The position numbers were made by a program, and so were the translations under genes. This document shows, in pieces, positions 38,671 through 48,285 of a DNA stretch of 64,000 bases (positions within the stretch are counted from its first letter, which is position 1; each line of letters starts with the position of its first letter). A model generated the notes under the pieces. That model did not search any database and was not told the origin of the DNA. It worked only from the letters and a program-made list of their open reading frames with translations. This stretch comes from Escherichia phage mobillu. The stretch is taken from sequence record MN850622.1. The stretch is one strand, 5' to 3'.

Positions 38671-39201
38671 ATGAAAACTGTAATTGAAACAACCGAGTTG
38701 TTTGGCGATTTATGTATCGAAAAACGTGGTTATGCTTACGTTCTGACACAAGAAGATGATGCTGTTACTATTCTTCCTATGGAACTGGACAAGATTTTGA
38801 AACTCAATCCGCCCGGCCATGCATCTGTAATTAACATTGATGAAGACCTTCAAGTTCGTTTTTATCACGGTCTTTATAGTGGGGTTAATATCGAAACAGA
38901 AGATGAATGCCTTTCTATCAATAATTGGAAAACATTCGTCACTAAGGTGAAAGAATTCATAGAATCTGAAACTGCCAAAAAGGCCAAACTTCAATGGGCT
39001 AAATGCCGTAATGCTTTTATTACAAATCAGGACCACCCTGACTATACAACAGTCCTAGGCGTTAATCCTTCTTATGAAGACGGTGATGTCGTAGTTATTC
39101 GCCAAATTGATGACCTTCGTCAGCATATCATTACATTAGACAAAGATGAAGCAGTTGCTCTTAAAGCTTATCTCGATTCTATTATCCCAACTTTGAAATA
39201 A
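38671..39201 (+). CDS. hypothetical protein
   Basis: 176 aa from ATG MKTVIETTELFGDL... Confidence 0.6.
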   Translation: MKTVIETTELFGDLCIEKRGYAYVLTQEDDAVTILPMELDKILKLNPPGHASVINIDEDLQVRFYHGLYSGVNIETEDECLSINNWKTFVTKVKEFIESETAKKAKLQWAKCRNAFITNQDHPDYTTVLGVNPSYEDGDVVVIRQIDDLRQHIITLDKDEAVALKAYLDSIIPTLK

Positions 39202-39210
39202 GGAATTATT

Positions 39211-39684
39211 ATGATTATCAATGAAAACTCTTGGCACTTTAAAATTTATGCCGCGTTCAATAGTACATGGAATCGCCCGAAAACGTTGTGTGCTTATTTT
39301 TGGAAAACGTTAATCCCGGTATTGGCTGTTTCAATTATTGGATTTGCGATTTTAGCAGCAGTCACAATTATTGGCCAGGAAATTTTAACTAAATTCTTTG
39401 TTTTTAGCAGTCTATGGACATTAGTTCCGGCCTCAATTGGCGTAGGCATTTTAATGGTAGCAGTCATGGCTTTTATTGCTACCGGGTTGGTAATTGGTCC
39501 GTCTTGGTTGTTAGACAAATATAACGACAGAAAATATTATAAAGAAATTGAGTTCATTGCACAAAACCAAGAACGAATTAAAAATGGACTTGAACCTATT
39601 GAACGTAAGAAATCATTAATAGGTGAATACCTTAAAGCTCGTAAAGAAAAAGTCTGTCCTACTCTTGAATATAAGGCTAAATGA
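39211..39684 (+). CDS. membrane protein (3-4 predicted TM helices)
   Basis: 157 aa with long hydrophobic stretches; stop overlaps next ATG. Confidence 0.6.
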   Translation: MIINENSWHFKIYAAFNSTWNRPKTLCAYFWKTLIPVLAVSIIGFAILAAVTIIGQEILTKFFVFSSLWTLVPASIGVGILMVAVMAFIATGLVIGPSWLLDKYNDRKYYKEIEFIAQNQERIKNGLEPIERKKSLIGEYLKARKEKVCPTLEYKAK

Positions 39685-40670
39685 TGAAAACGATTGTTAA
39701 GGCTTACTTTGGTAGCCACCTTTATGGAACGTCTACTCCTGAATCTGACGTCGATTTTAAAGAAATTTATGTCCCTCATGCTCGTGATATCTTGACCGGT
39801 AACGTTAAAGAACACATGAGCAAGAACACGAATAACACATCTTCTAAGAACACAAAAGACGACGTGGACCATGAGTTGTATAGTCTCAAATATTTCTTTA
39901 AACTAGCTGCGGATGGTGAAACCGTCGCATTAGATATGCTTCACACTCCACAAAGTCTAGTAGTTAAATCTGATTTGCCTGATGTATGGAAGTATATTCA
40001 AGATAACAGGTCTCGTTTCTATACCACTAACATGAAATCTTATTTAGGGTATGTCCGTAAGCAAGCTTCTAAATACGGTGTCAAGGGTTCTCGACTGGCT
40101 GTTCTTCGTCAAGCCCTTAAACGTTCTAATGAATGGGGACAATACTTTGATAATGGTGCAGTAATTCGTTTATCACATATGAAGAATGTTCTGCCTGTAG
40201 GTGAATTTGCTTCATGGGTTGAAACCGAAAACGAGAAAACAGGTAAGCAAACATTCTATAATCTGTTAGACCGTAAATTCCAAGACACATTAACCAATAA
40301 AGAGTTCAATGCCATCCTGGTTAAACTGGAAGAGAACTATGGTGAACGTGCTCGTAAGGCAGAAGCCAACGAAGGTATTGACTGGAAAGCATTGAGTCAT
40401 GCATGTCGTGGTGGACTTCAACTATTGGAAATTTACAAAACCGGCGACCTGGTTTACCCACTTCAGGATGCTCCATTTATTCTCGATGTTAAGCTTGGTA
40501 AACATACGTTTAAAACTGTACAAGAATTCCTAGAAGATATCGTTGACCAAGTTGAACATGCGTCAGAACAAGCCGCTAAGAACGGTATGCAACAAAAAGT
40601 AGATATGAGTTTCTGGGATGATTTCCTTGAGCAAGTCTATCTCGAAAATCATAATTCTTACTATAAATAA
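39681..40670 (+). CDS. Pol-beta superfamily nucleotidyltransferase
   Basis: 329 aa; N-terminal FGSHLYGTSTPESDVDF fits G-S-x(9-13)-D-x-D NTase signature; later acidic residue (ALDML). Confidence 0.7.
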   Translation: MMKTIVKAYFGSHLYGTSTPESDVDFKEIYVPHARDILTGNVKEHMSKNTNNTSSKNTKDDVDHELYSLKYFFKLAADGETVALDMLHTPQSLVVKSDLPDVWKYIQDNRSRFYTTNMKSYLGYVRKQASKYGVKGSRLAVLRQALKRSNEWGQYFDNGAVIRLSHMKNVLPVGEFASWVETENEKTGKQTFYNLLDRKFQDTLTNKEFNAILVKLEENYGERARKAEANEGIDWKALSHACRGGLQLLEIYKTGDLVYPLQDAPFILDVKLGKHTFKTVQEFLEDIVDQVEHASEQAAKNGMQQKVDMSFWDDFLEQVYLENHNSYYK

Positions 40671-40701
40671 ATAGATAAATAACCATTAACTTGAGGTAAA
40701 T

Positions 40702-40968
40702 ATGAAAAAATTAGTAATTGGTTTATTCGCTGTAATGATGGCATTCTCTGTTGGTGCTACCACGGGCGCAGGAGCTGATGGTAACCAGTCTTCTGGGCCT
40801 TCTAACGGTTCGGTAAATGCATCACATTCTCAGGGTATTGAGAATATCAAATCAAGCTATATTAATAGCACGGCCGGACAAGCAACTGAAGCATGGTCAA
40901 AGGGTCGAGTAGTTACTCGCTCTGTATTCTGTGATATGCCTAATTATGTTGCTAAGTGTGATAAGTAA
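40702..40968 (+). CDS. small secreted protein
   Basis: Signal peptide MKKLVIGLFAVMMAFSVGA; Gly/Ser-rich mature part. Confidence 0.6.
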   Translation: MKKLVIGLFAVMMAFSVGATTGAGADGNQSSGPSNGSVNASHSQGIENIKSSYINSTAGQATEAWSKGRVVTRSVFCDMPNYVAKCDK

Positions 40969-40972
40969 ATGT

Positions 40973-40993
40973 GGGGACCTTCGGGTCCCTTTA
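40973..40993 (+). terminator. intrinsic terminator
   Basis: GGGACC-TTCG-GGTCCC then TTTA. Confidence 0.65.
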
Positions 40994-41019
40994 GGGGGTT
41001 AAAATATTTTTAAAAAGTA

Positions 41020-41058
41020 GTGTACATGCTTTTAGGATATGATACTATAGACCTATCG
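41020..41058 (+). promoter_or_regulatory. PeSL-like early promoter
   Basis: TGTACA, TACTAT, inverted repeat around -10; leader nearly identical to the 19948 and 28050 leaders. Confidence 0.6.
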
Positions 41059-41086
41059 AAACGAAATGAGTAAATTGGAGAATAAA

Positions 41087-42067
41087 ATGTTCAACGTTCA
41101 AATCAAAAAAGGTATCTATCGTAATAACGAAATCTCTGGTTCTTATGTTGCCACAAAGACCTGGTTCCCGGCAAAGCTTAATCCTGAATGTTCCCACTTA
41201 GGTGATGGTAAAATTTTCGTTATGATTGATGGATCTGAACGTGGAGTATGGGTCTTCAAATCAGACATCGTAATGGAAGGAGTTGAGACGTCACCAGTTG
41301 CAGTTGTTGAAAGCACTGAAGATATGAAAACTCGTATCAACAAACGCTTTAAAGTAATGAACATGATGACGAATGGCATTATCGATGGCAAAATTCGTTC
41401 ACTCATTATTTCAGGTGCAGCTGGTATTGGTAAGACGTATTCTCTGGATAAAGCACTTAATAATGCTAATGATAATGGTTTCATCAAATACAAAAGCATT
41501 AATGGTAAAATCTCTGGTATTGACCTTTACGAACAACTTTGGCTCAACCGTGATGCAGACAGCGTTCTCTTAATCGATGACGTTGACGTATTCTCAGATA
41601 TGGACATCCTGAACCTTCTTAAAGCAGCATTAGATACCGGAGATAAACGCAAAGTTTGTTGGAGCACTGCGTCATCTTATCTCGAGGATAAGGGTATTGA
41701 TAAAGAATTTGAGTTTGAAGGTACTATCGTTTTCATTACAAACGTTGATATCGATAAAGAGTTAGAACGGGGTTCGAAACTTGCTCCACACCTTCAAGCT
41801 TTAGTATCTCGTTCAGTGTATCTCGACCTTGGAGTACACTCTAATGAAGAGATTATGGTTCGAGTTGAAGATGTAATATTATCTACTGACATGATGCAGA
41901 AACGTGGTCTGACGGATGCAGAAACGTATAAAGCATTGTCCTGGATGAAGGCTAACGTATCTCGTCTTCGCAATGTATCATTACGTACGGCTCTTTATGT
42001 AGCAGATTTTATTTCAACTGATAAAGATGGTTGGGAAGAAATCTCGGAAGTTACTTTACTGAAATAA
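41087..42067 (+). CDS. AAA+/P-loop ATPase
   Basis: Walker A GAAGIGKTY and Walker B VLLIDDVD; about 100-aa N-terminal domain. Confidence 0.7.
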   Translation: MFNVQIKKGIYRNNEISGSYVATKTWFPAKLNPECSHLGDGKIFVMIDGSERGVWVFKSDIVMEGVETSPVAVVESTEDMKTRINKRFKVMNMMTNGIIDGKIRSLIISGAAGIGKTYSLDKALNNANDNGFIKYKSINGKISGIDLYEQLWLNRDADSVLLIDDVDVFSDMDILNLLKAALDTGDKRKVCWSTASSYLEDKGIDKEFEFEGTIVFITNVDIDKELERGSKLAPHLQALVSRSVYLDLGVHSNEEIMVRVEDVILSTDMMQKRGLTDAETYKALSWMKANVSRLRNVSLRTALYVADFISTDKDGWEEISEVTLLK

Positions 42068-42205
42068 GCTTATAGGAAGTTCTGAGGTAACAAAAGCCAT
42101 AAAGATGAATAATCATATGGCTTACCTCAAAGAAGGACACCAGGAACCTACTGAGGGCATAGAAATATTTAAAAATAATGATGTACAAATCAAAGAGGAT
42201 ATGTT

Positions 42206-42493
42206 ATGGATTTTATGCAAAAAATTAAAGCCGCAGTCGAACTCTATGCTCATCGTATGGTTAGTTCTACAATGCAATATAGCGAGGAGGTTCGCCAGGA
42301 CTCTTCCTTGAAAGGAAAAACTAAAGCCTTAATTACCTTAGATCGTTTGCAAAAGAATGCCATAGAGATGCTCCAGTACGACAAGGGTGTATATAAGAAA
42401 GAACAGGAAGAGAAACTTAAATCTGAAAAATTAAAGAAAATCCCGAAGTCGGTTTGGTTCAGTGGAAAAAATACCGAAAAAAGTTTCTTTTAG
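42206..42493 (+). CDS. hypothetical protein
   Basis: 95 aa after AGAGGA SD. Confidence 0.5.
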   Translation: MDFMQKIKAAVELYAHRMVSSTMQYSEEVRQDSSLKGKTKALITLDRLQKNAIEMLQYDKGVYKKEQEEKLKSEKLKKIPKSVWFSGKNTEKSFF

Positions 42494-42495
42494 TT

Positions 42496-42540
42496 GTTTA
42501 CAAGGTCTATGGTTATGTTATTATAGACCTATCAACTACT
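42496..42540 (+). promoter_or_regulatory. PeSL-like early promoter
   Basis: GTTTACA, 17 bp, TATTAT, inverted repeat GGTCTAT/ATAGACC. Confidence 0.55.
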
Positions 42541-42551
42541 GGAGGTAAAAC

Positions 42552-43079
42552 ATGAACGCTAAAGATATTTTCAACCTGGTGAATTATAACGACGGTAAAT
42601 TTAAATCTGAAGCACAAAGCAAGTTCTTTAATGACGTTGCTTATGGTAACGAGATTACCGTGGACGGAGGTCAGATTTTCAAATCTCGCTGGAATTGGAT
42701 TGTTATCATCGATTCAGTTGGAATTGTGGAAGTCTACAAAAACACTAACAAAAAACGTACATTATTCTGGTCTCGTGAAACTAACGAGCAGTACAAAAAG
42801 GATAAAGCATCTCGTTTATCCAAAGTAACCCAGGAAGATATCGAGTTTATCAAGAAAGATATCGAGATGTACGAAAATTTAATTGCTGAAGACCAGGCAG
42901 TACTCGATAAGTTTGATGAAATTAAAGCTTCTCGTGAAATCCCTGACTTCATGAAAGAAACAGTAAACGAACGATACGCTCTCACTTCAGAACGTATTGC
43001 AAACTATACAAAACAGAAAGCAGAACGTATTAGTACTCTTCGGAAATTTGAAGAACGTTTAAAGACGGTTCACGCATAA
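42552..43079 (+). CDS. hypothetical protein with C-terminal coiled coil
   Basis: 175 aa after GGAGG SD. Confidence 0.6.
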   Translation: MNAKDIFNLVNYNDGKFKSEAQSKFFNDVAYGNEITVDGGQIFKSRWNWIVIIDSVGIVEVYKNTNKKRTLFWSRETNEQYKKDKASRLSKVTQEDIEFIKKDIEMYENLIAEDQAVLDKFDEIKASREIPDFMKETVNERYALTSERIANYTKQKAERISTLRKFEERLKTVHA

Positions 43080-43080
43080 A

Positions 43081-43106
43081 CGCTTTACCCAAGGACGGGT
43101 TATAAT
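43081..43106 (+). promoter_or_regulatory. middle-promoter-like (MotA-box-like CGCTTTA + TATAAT)
   Basis: GCTTTA core 13 bp upstream of TATAAT; same CATAAACGCTTTA context as 59205. Confidence 0.45.
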
Positions 43107-43141
43107 GGTTTTGAGTTCCAATTCAATCTGAGGAAATAGTT

Positions 43142-44137
43142 ATGAGCATTACATCTGATGCGGTAAAACATGAAATTAACGGTTTATGTGCTTCACAGAT
43201 TAAAGTGTGGTTTAAAGACCATAACGATCGCAGAGCACTTAATTATGAACAAATTGCTATCCAAGTTCATCAATTACTGGTTAGTAAATTTGATTTTCAT
43301 ATGCCGTCTGAAATCTATACTAATCTGCCGCGAGCACTTATTAAAGCGTGTAAAGGTTATGGAAAATCAATGGCTGATGGAATCTTCAGCGCGCTGAATA
43401 AACTTAACGTTCTGTCGATGATTAACTCTAACAACATCCTGCGTAATCTAGGACGTACTGATTTGTTCGGCCGTGAACAGTGTAAAATGCCTTTGAAATG
43501 GATTGTTGCTCATCTTAACGAGAACCAAACACGTTTTATGGCCGTAACAGCACGCTTACAAATGGGCCTAGATCGTCAGATGAACTTTAAAACTCATCCA
43601 CGTTATTCAGGTTCAACTGACTTTTATAAATGTGAGCTTCAAAAGGTCGGTGGCAAAACCGTCTTAGTAGTTCGTGTAACGTTTGAAGGACGACGTCAAG
43701 GATATTTTGACATAATCGGCTCTGGACTTAAACATTGTGGATTTATCGACGAAGTTGATATCAAGCGAGACGGCGTTGGATACCGTATTGGGTATGTTTG
43801 TACTCTTAAAGAAGAGATTTCAGGACCAGCTCCAGGACTAAAAGACGTTAGATATAAAGACGAGCTCGTTGAAGAAATAAAAGAAGTTGAATATGATATC
43901 AACCAAGAAGATGCTCTTAAAGACCTTATTGATGAACTGAACCAAGACGTTATTCCGGTTCAGAAATTTGAATCAAAACATGCTGAGCAAATCAAATACT
44001 TTGAAGCTTTGATTAACGAACTTAATGTAACTATTCAACAGACTGACGATGAAATCTCACGATTAGCAGGCTTAAACGGTAAAAATAAAACAGAACGAGC
44101 TAATCTTATTCAAGTAGTAAAACTTCTTAAGGAATGA
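43142..44137 (+). CDS. hypothetical protein (about 330 aa, C-terminal coiled coil)
   Basis: ATG after GAGG; first of three tandem, similarly sized genes. Confidence 0.65.
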   Translation: MSITSDAVKHEINGLCASQIKVWFKDHNDRRALNYEQIAIQVHQLLVSKFDFHMPSEIYTNLPRALIKACKGYGKSMADGIFSALNKLNVLSMINSNNILRNLGRTDLFGREQCKMPLKWIVAHLNENQTRFMAVTARLQMGLDRQMNFKTHPRYSGSTDFYKCELQKVGGKTVLVVRVTFEGRRQGYFDIIGSGLKHCGFIDEVDIKRDGVGYRIGYVCTLKEEISGPAPGLKDVRYKDELVEEIKEVEYDINQEDALKDLIDELNQDVIPVQKFESKHAEQIKYFEALINELNVTIQQTDDEISRLAGLNGKNKTERANLIQVVKLLKE

Positions 44138-44166
44138 TGTACAACCAAGGATGGTTGGAGTATAAT
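44137..44166 (+). promoter_or_regulatory. early promoter (repeat copy A)
   Basis: TGTACAACCAAGGATGGTTGGAGTATAAT; palindrome CCAAGGATGGTTGG in spacer. Confidence 0.55.
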
Positions 44167-44192
44167 AAATTTTTCAACATGAGGAATATAAA

Positions 44193-45152
44193 ATGGCTTT
44201 TATTACACGTAGAGAACTTATCAAAGAATTTACCTCGAACGCATATACTCCAGGACCTAATCCTATCCGTATGCCTGTAAAGACTCCTGAAGAGATTGAG
44301 GAAATCTGTTCATATTATGGGATTACTTCTCGTAAGTTTACTCAATTTGAATGCGTTACTAACACACCCGTTAAAGAGTTCATTAAAAATGGCGAGTTCA
44401 GCCGTTTATTGGCCAAACAGAAACTTCGTAATTTTTGTATTGGCGGTGAAGGACAATATTTCGCTAAGCAGTTCCGGAATAACCTTAACAATCTGATGGC
44501 CATTGCTTCTCGTATTCGTCCTCAAGCAATTAACATGAAACATTTGAAATATACTTACGATAAGTTGGAAATCATGGTTATCAGTGAGAACGAGTTCACT
44601 CTCACGTATAAACCTAAGAATGATAACGTTGCTCGTGTATTCCACCAAGCGTTGGAAGTGTTAGGTGATAATATTCACCAGATTAAAGCAATTTATTCTC
44701 GTGAGCTTAATATTATCAACCCTATCAAGAATAAGGGCCATATCGCTATCCAGGCTCGTGTATCTATTGGTAAAAAGGTTCCTGCGCCATGGTGGCACAA
44801 AGACTCCGAATATTATCAAAATCTTAAAAAGGAAAATGCATTGTTTGAAGCATCGCTTACTGGGACCCCAATTGAACAGGCCGAAGTCCTAAGTGCTTAT
44901 TCTACTTCGGGTAAATCAATGTTTAAAGGTTTGCCAAATGTGTGCAAACTGTCTGCAGTAAAACTAAATGTTTCTAATGACCTTCTTCCGGTCGAAGATT
45001 ACCATTACAATCAAATCAAGGCCACTATGGACCAACTGTCTGTTGAACTTGACAAAGCACAAGCTAAGCTTCGTGATGCTCAAAGTGTTGTAACGAATCT
45101 CCAGTTGCAGTATTCTAAACTTTTTAACGCAATGAATGCGTTAAAATCATAA
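44193..45152 (+). CDS. hypothetical protein (319 aa, C-terminal coiled coil)
   Basis: ATG after GAGGAA. Confidence 0.65.
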   Translation: MAFITRRELIKEFTSNAYTPGPNPIRMPVKTPEEIEEICSYYGITSRKFTQFECVTNTPVKEFIKNGEFSRLLAKQKLRNFCIGGEGQYFAKQFRNNLNNLMAIASRIRPQAINMKHLKYTYDKLEIMVISENEFTLTYKPKNDNVARVFHQALEVLGDNIHQIKAIYSRELNIINPIKNKGHIAIQARVSIGKKVPAPWWHKDSEYYQNLKKENALFEASLTGTPIEQAEVLSAYSTSGKSMFKGLPNVCKLSAVKLNVSNDLLPVEDYHYNQIKATMDQLSVELDKAQAKLRDAQSVVTNLQLQYSKLFNAMNALKS

Positions 45153-45156
45153 ATCA

Positions 45157-45186
45157 GTTTACAACCAAGGATGGTTGGAGTATAAT
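45157..45186 (+). promoter_or_regulatory. early promoter (repeat copy B)
   Basis: GTTTACAACCAAGGATGGTTGGAGTATAAT, near-identical to 44137 copy. Confidence 0.6.
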
Positions 45187-45214
45187 GAATTTATCTTAAC
45201 GAGAGGAAAATATT

Positions 45215-46165
45215 ATGACACGTTCACATTACATTGAATACTTTGCAGGTCTTATCGCTAACGTTCATGCCCAACGTGCTTCTGGTGTACTAGGATTTGA
45301 TGTTCCACACCGAGATGTAGTAAGTGGTATTCTTCGAGATTTTGGTACATACGTAGGCCAAGAAAATCATATCTGTAAAGATACTCAAAATGCATATTCT
45401 CATTCATTAGGGACACTGCTTCAATGGTTCAAACGTTCTCGTTTATTATCTTCTACTGTAGCTCGCGATAACATTAAAAACTTTATGAAGCCGAGCTTTA
45501 TTAAATCTGTGACATCTAAAACCGATTTGGTTGAATTCACTATTGTTAATGATGTTAAAAAGACTCATTTGGCTGATTGGTTAACTACCATTCCTGAAAC
45601 TAAATTTGCCGATAAATTTGCTTGTGAATTCAATAACCAAGTGAATATGCTTTTTAAACATTCTCGTAAATTATTCACAGGCGGCGATTCTCGTACAAAT
45701 ACAGTTCATGCTAAAGATTGGGTTACTGCAGTGTTCAAACCAACCGGTAATGGTACCGCATCATTATCAATTGATATTCAGGTTCCTTATTATCACTCAC
45801 GTAATCTCGGCACCATGAAAGCTGAAGAAATTAAGAAGCACAATAAAACCATTCGTTCGCTGTCTTATAAACTTCGCATGATGTTAAGAATCATGGACGT
45901 GGTAGAAATGTATGATGAAACCGAAGATAATGGTTCAATGTTATACAGTTCTCGCATTCAAATTAAGTTGAAGAACCCTAACGAGTATAAGCCTAAGCCT
46001 ATTAAAGAGCCTAAAGCAGAAAAAGTTGATAACTTAAGAGAAGAACGCGAATATCTCAAATCTCGTCTGAAAGAAGTCGAAGCCCAGATTGCAGAACAAA
46101 CTAAATCGTTAAAAGCTCTGAATGCGAAAGCGGATGGTTTACGAAATGCCATTGAGGTGTTATAA
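45215..46165 (+). CDS. hypothetical protein (316 aa, C-terminal coiled coil)
   Basis: ATG after AGAGGAAAA. Confidence 0.65.
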   Translation: MTRSHYIEYFAGLIANVHAQRASGVLGFDVPHRDVVSGILRDFGTYVGQENHICKDTQNAYSHSLGTLLQWFKRSRLLSSTVARDNIKNFMKPSFIKSVTSKTDLVEFTIVNDVKKTHLADWLTTIPETKFADKFACEFNNQVNMLFKHSRKLFTGGDSRTNTVHAKDWVTAVFKPTGNGTASLSIDIQVPYYHSRNLGTMKAEEIKKHNKTIRSLSYKLRMMLRIMDVVEMYDETEDNGSMLYSSRIQIKLKNPNEYKPKPIKEPKAEKVDNLREEREYLKSRLKEVEAQIAEQTKSLKALNAKADGLRNAIEVL

Positions 46166-46470
46166 TGAAACTACGTCTTTTAGAGGATATTGATATGAGC
46201 ACTAATCATGGCTTGGTTAAGTTTATTGACGATAGTTCAAAGATTGAATTTGTTCAGCGAGATAAAATCCACGGTGAAGAAGAGTTTGTTCCTCCGGCAT
46301 GGAACGAAATAATGAAAATGGTTGAACGACGTGAAAATGCTGCCAAATCGGCAGCAAAACATCCATGCCCGGAATGTGGAACTATCCAAGTCCAACTGGT
46401 TAACTGGACAACTGATAACTTGAAATTGAAATGCCGTAAATGCTTCCACAAATTTGAGAGAACATTATAA
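46165..46470 (+). CDS. zinc-ribbon protein
   Basis: CPECG...CRKC pairs; ATGA coupling. Confidence 0.6.
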   Translation: MKLRLLEDIDMSTNHGLVKFIDDSSKIEFVQRDKIHGEEEFVPPAWNEIMKMVERRENAAKSAAKHPCPECGTIQVQLVNWTTDNLKLKCRKCFHKFERTL

Positions 46471-46883
46471 TGAGATATAGCCTTCATTGTTTTATCGCAG
46501 CTTTAGTTTTTGCCATCATTCCATTCATTTGGAACAGCCAGAATACTTACATGGAAACTAAAGTAATTCCTGTGGAGGTAGTGGAATTAATCTCAGGTCA
46601 ATCTACAGGAAAATATTCTAAATTAGAATTTATTGCCGTCTATAAAGATGAGCAAGGACGAGTTTTTGACAGGCGTGTATCGCCATCGTTTTATACGCTT
46701 CTGAATAAAGGTGATACGATAGCTATAGAAATTCGTGAGATGGATATCAAACAAACTACTAAAGATAACTTGATTTGGTTCTTTGGTATGGTGTTGTTGG
46801 TTTCTATCTGTATCACAGGTTTTATTACATGTATTGTATTTGGCGTTGCATATTTAATCGATGAAAGGAAAAATAATGTTTAA
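46470..46883 (+). CDS. membrane protein
   Basis: N- and C-terminal hydrophobic helices. Confidence 0.6.
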   Translation: MRYSLHCFIAALVFAIIPFIWNSQNTYMETKVIPVEVVELISGQSTGKYSKLEFIAVYKDEQGRVFDRRVSPSFYTLLNKGDTIAIEIREMDIKQTTKDNLIWFFGMVLLVSICITGFITCIVFGVAYLIDERKNNV

Positions 46884-47139
46884 AGTGTACGGGTATGACT
46901 CTACTATTCATAAATGCATTTATTGTGATAATGCGAAACGATTGCTGACTGTTAAGAAACAGCCATTCGAATTCATTAATGTTATGCCAGAAAAAGGTGT
47001 TTTTGATGATGAGAAAATTGCTGAGCTTCTGGTTAAGCTTGGACGTGAATCACAAGTCGGATTGACTATGCCTCAAGTGTTTGCTCCTGACGGAAGTCAC
47101 ATTGGTGGATTTGATCAACTGCGAGAATATTTTAAATGA
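46876..47139 (+). CDS. nrdC: glutaredoxin/thioredoxin NrdC
   Basis: MFKVYGYDSTIHKCIYCDNAKRLL...GGFDQLREYFK matches recalled T4 NrdC (87 aa). Confidence 0.92.
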   Translation: MFKVYGYDSTIHKCIYCDNAKRLLTVKKQPFEFINVMPEKGVFDDEKIAELLVKLGRESQVGLTMPQVFAPDGSHIGGFDQLREYFK

Positions 47140-47351
47140 TGCTTGAAGGAACTGATTATATCCATGACTACCGTGGAAACGCGGTATATGTAGGTGATGA
47201 AGTTGCAGTTTACTATGGGTATGGAACTTTGATGACAGCCAAGGTTATTCAAATTAAAAATAATCGTGCTAAACTCGAAGTTTATTATTCTAATGGCGAA
47301 AAGTCTATTTCTAAATGGAAATACGGCGATTGCATGGTCAAACTGGGGTAA
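47136..47351 (+). CDS. hypothetical protein
   Basis: 71 aa coupled ORF. Confidence 0.55.
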   Translation: MMLEGTDYIHDYRGNAVYVGDEVAVYYGYGTLMTAKVIQIKNNRAKLEVYYSNGEKSISKWKYGDCMVKLG

Positions 47352-47353
47352 AT

Positions 47354-47524
47354 ATGATTTACGATATTAGTGCAGCAAGAGCTCCATCAATGGTTACTAT
47401 TCCTGTTGAAGAATTAGATCGTCTTCAGAAAATTGAAGAGCTTCTTTGGGAAATTGAATCAGCTTTGCCGTCCGGACTAGAATCCTGGATTGATTATGAA
47501 GAGCTCAATAAACTCCGGGGTTAA
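47354..47524 (+). CDS. small hypothetical protein
   Basis: ATG MIYDISAARAPS... Confidence 0.45.
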   Translation: MIYDISAARAPSMVTIPVEELDRLQKIEELLWEIESALPSGLESWIDYEELNKLRG

Positions 47525-47652
47525 ACCATGGTATTCGGCTCGATGGGAAACTGTCGAGCCAGACGTCGAAACAGTTTACAACGACGAAGAAACGTGTTAT
47601 GATGAACCTACAGTAAACGATATGATTGATTTGGAAATGGGAAGAGATTATT

Positions 47653-47823
47653 ATGCAAGTTAAATTGTTATACCGTTTATTAAAAAGTGGCGAACACGAT
47701 TGGTATGTGTTGATTAAAACTGAACCAAATTTTTTCTCCGGACGACCATTTACGGTTCGACCAACTAAACGTCAGCTTCGCAAAGCGAAACGCACGCATC
47801 GCAACTTTTATAGAGGATATTGA
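47653..47823 (+). CDS. small basic protein
   Basis: ATG MQVKLLYRLLKSGEHDWYV... Confidence 0.45.
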   Translation: MQVKLLYRLLKSGEHDWYVLIKTEPNFFSGRPFTVRPTKRQLRKAKRTHRNFYRGY

Positions 47824-47824
47824 T

Positions 47825-48250
47825 ATGAATATTTCTGACACACGTGGTAAGTGGTTCAAGATTGTTAAAGATGACGAAGAACTCCAAGATAAGTTTCCTG
47901 AATTAAAGAAAGATACAATCATCAAGGTAATTGGTACTACGACCGAAGATGGTTATGGCGACCATGGCATTATTGAAGTGATGTTGAACACTGGTGAGAA
48001 ACTTTGCATCTATGACCGTGATACTTCTCTTTGGTGCTTCTGGGAATCACATTCAATAGATGAACTCGAAGAAATTGATTCGGCTGATATTGCGGATGTG
48101 CTAGGTAGTAAACTTGGTGAATTCGAAGGTGAACGAATTTCTTATGCATTAGCTAAATTAGCCGGACAAGAAAATAACGACGGCTATGAAGGTAACCTGA
48201 TGCAAGCAGCCGCAGAATACATTGAATATTTAGAAAGACGTTTAAGTTAA
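47825..48250 (+). CDS. hypothetical acidic protein
   Basis: 141 aa ORF upstream of gene 49. Confidence 0.6.
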   Translation: MNISDTRGKWFKIVKDDEELQDKFPELKKDTIIKVIGTTTEDGYGDHGIIEVMLNTGEKLCIYDRDTSLWCFWESHSIDELEEIDSADIADVLGSKLGEFEGERISYALAKLAGQENNDGYEGNLMQAAAEYIEYLERRLS

Positions 48251-48280
48251 TAAATACCCTTATCTATTTAAGGTAAGGGT
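48248..48280 (+). promoter_or_regulatory. TAATAAATA box plus SD-sequestering hairpin upstream of gene 49
   Basis: ACCCTTA-(11-nt loop)-TAAGGGT stem encloses the AAGGG SD 8 nt before the gene 49 ATG; same arrangement as described for T4 gene 49. Confidence 0.6.
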
Positions 48281-48285
48281 TTATC

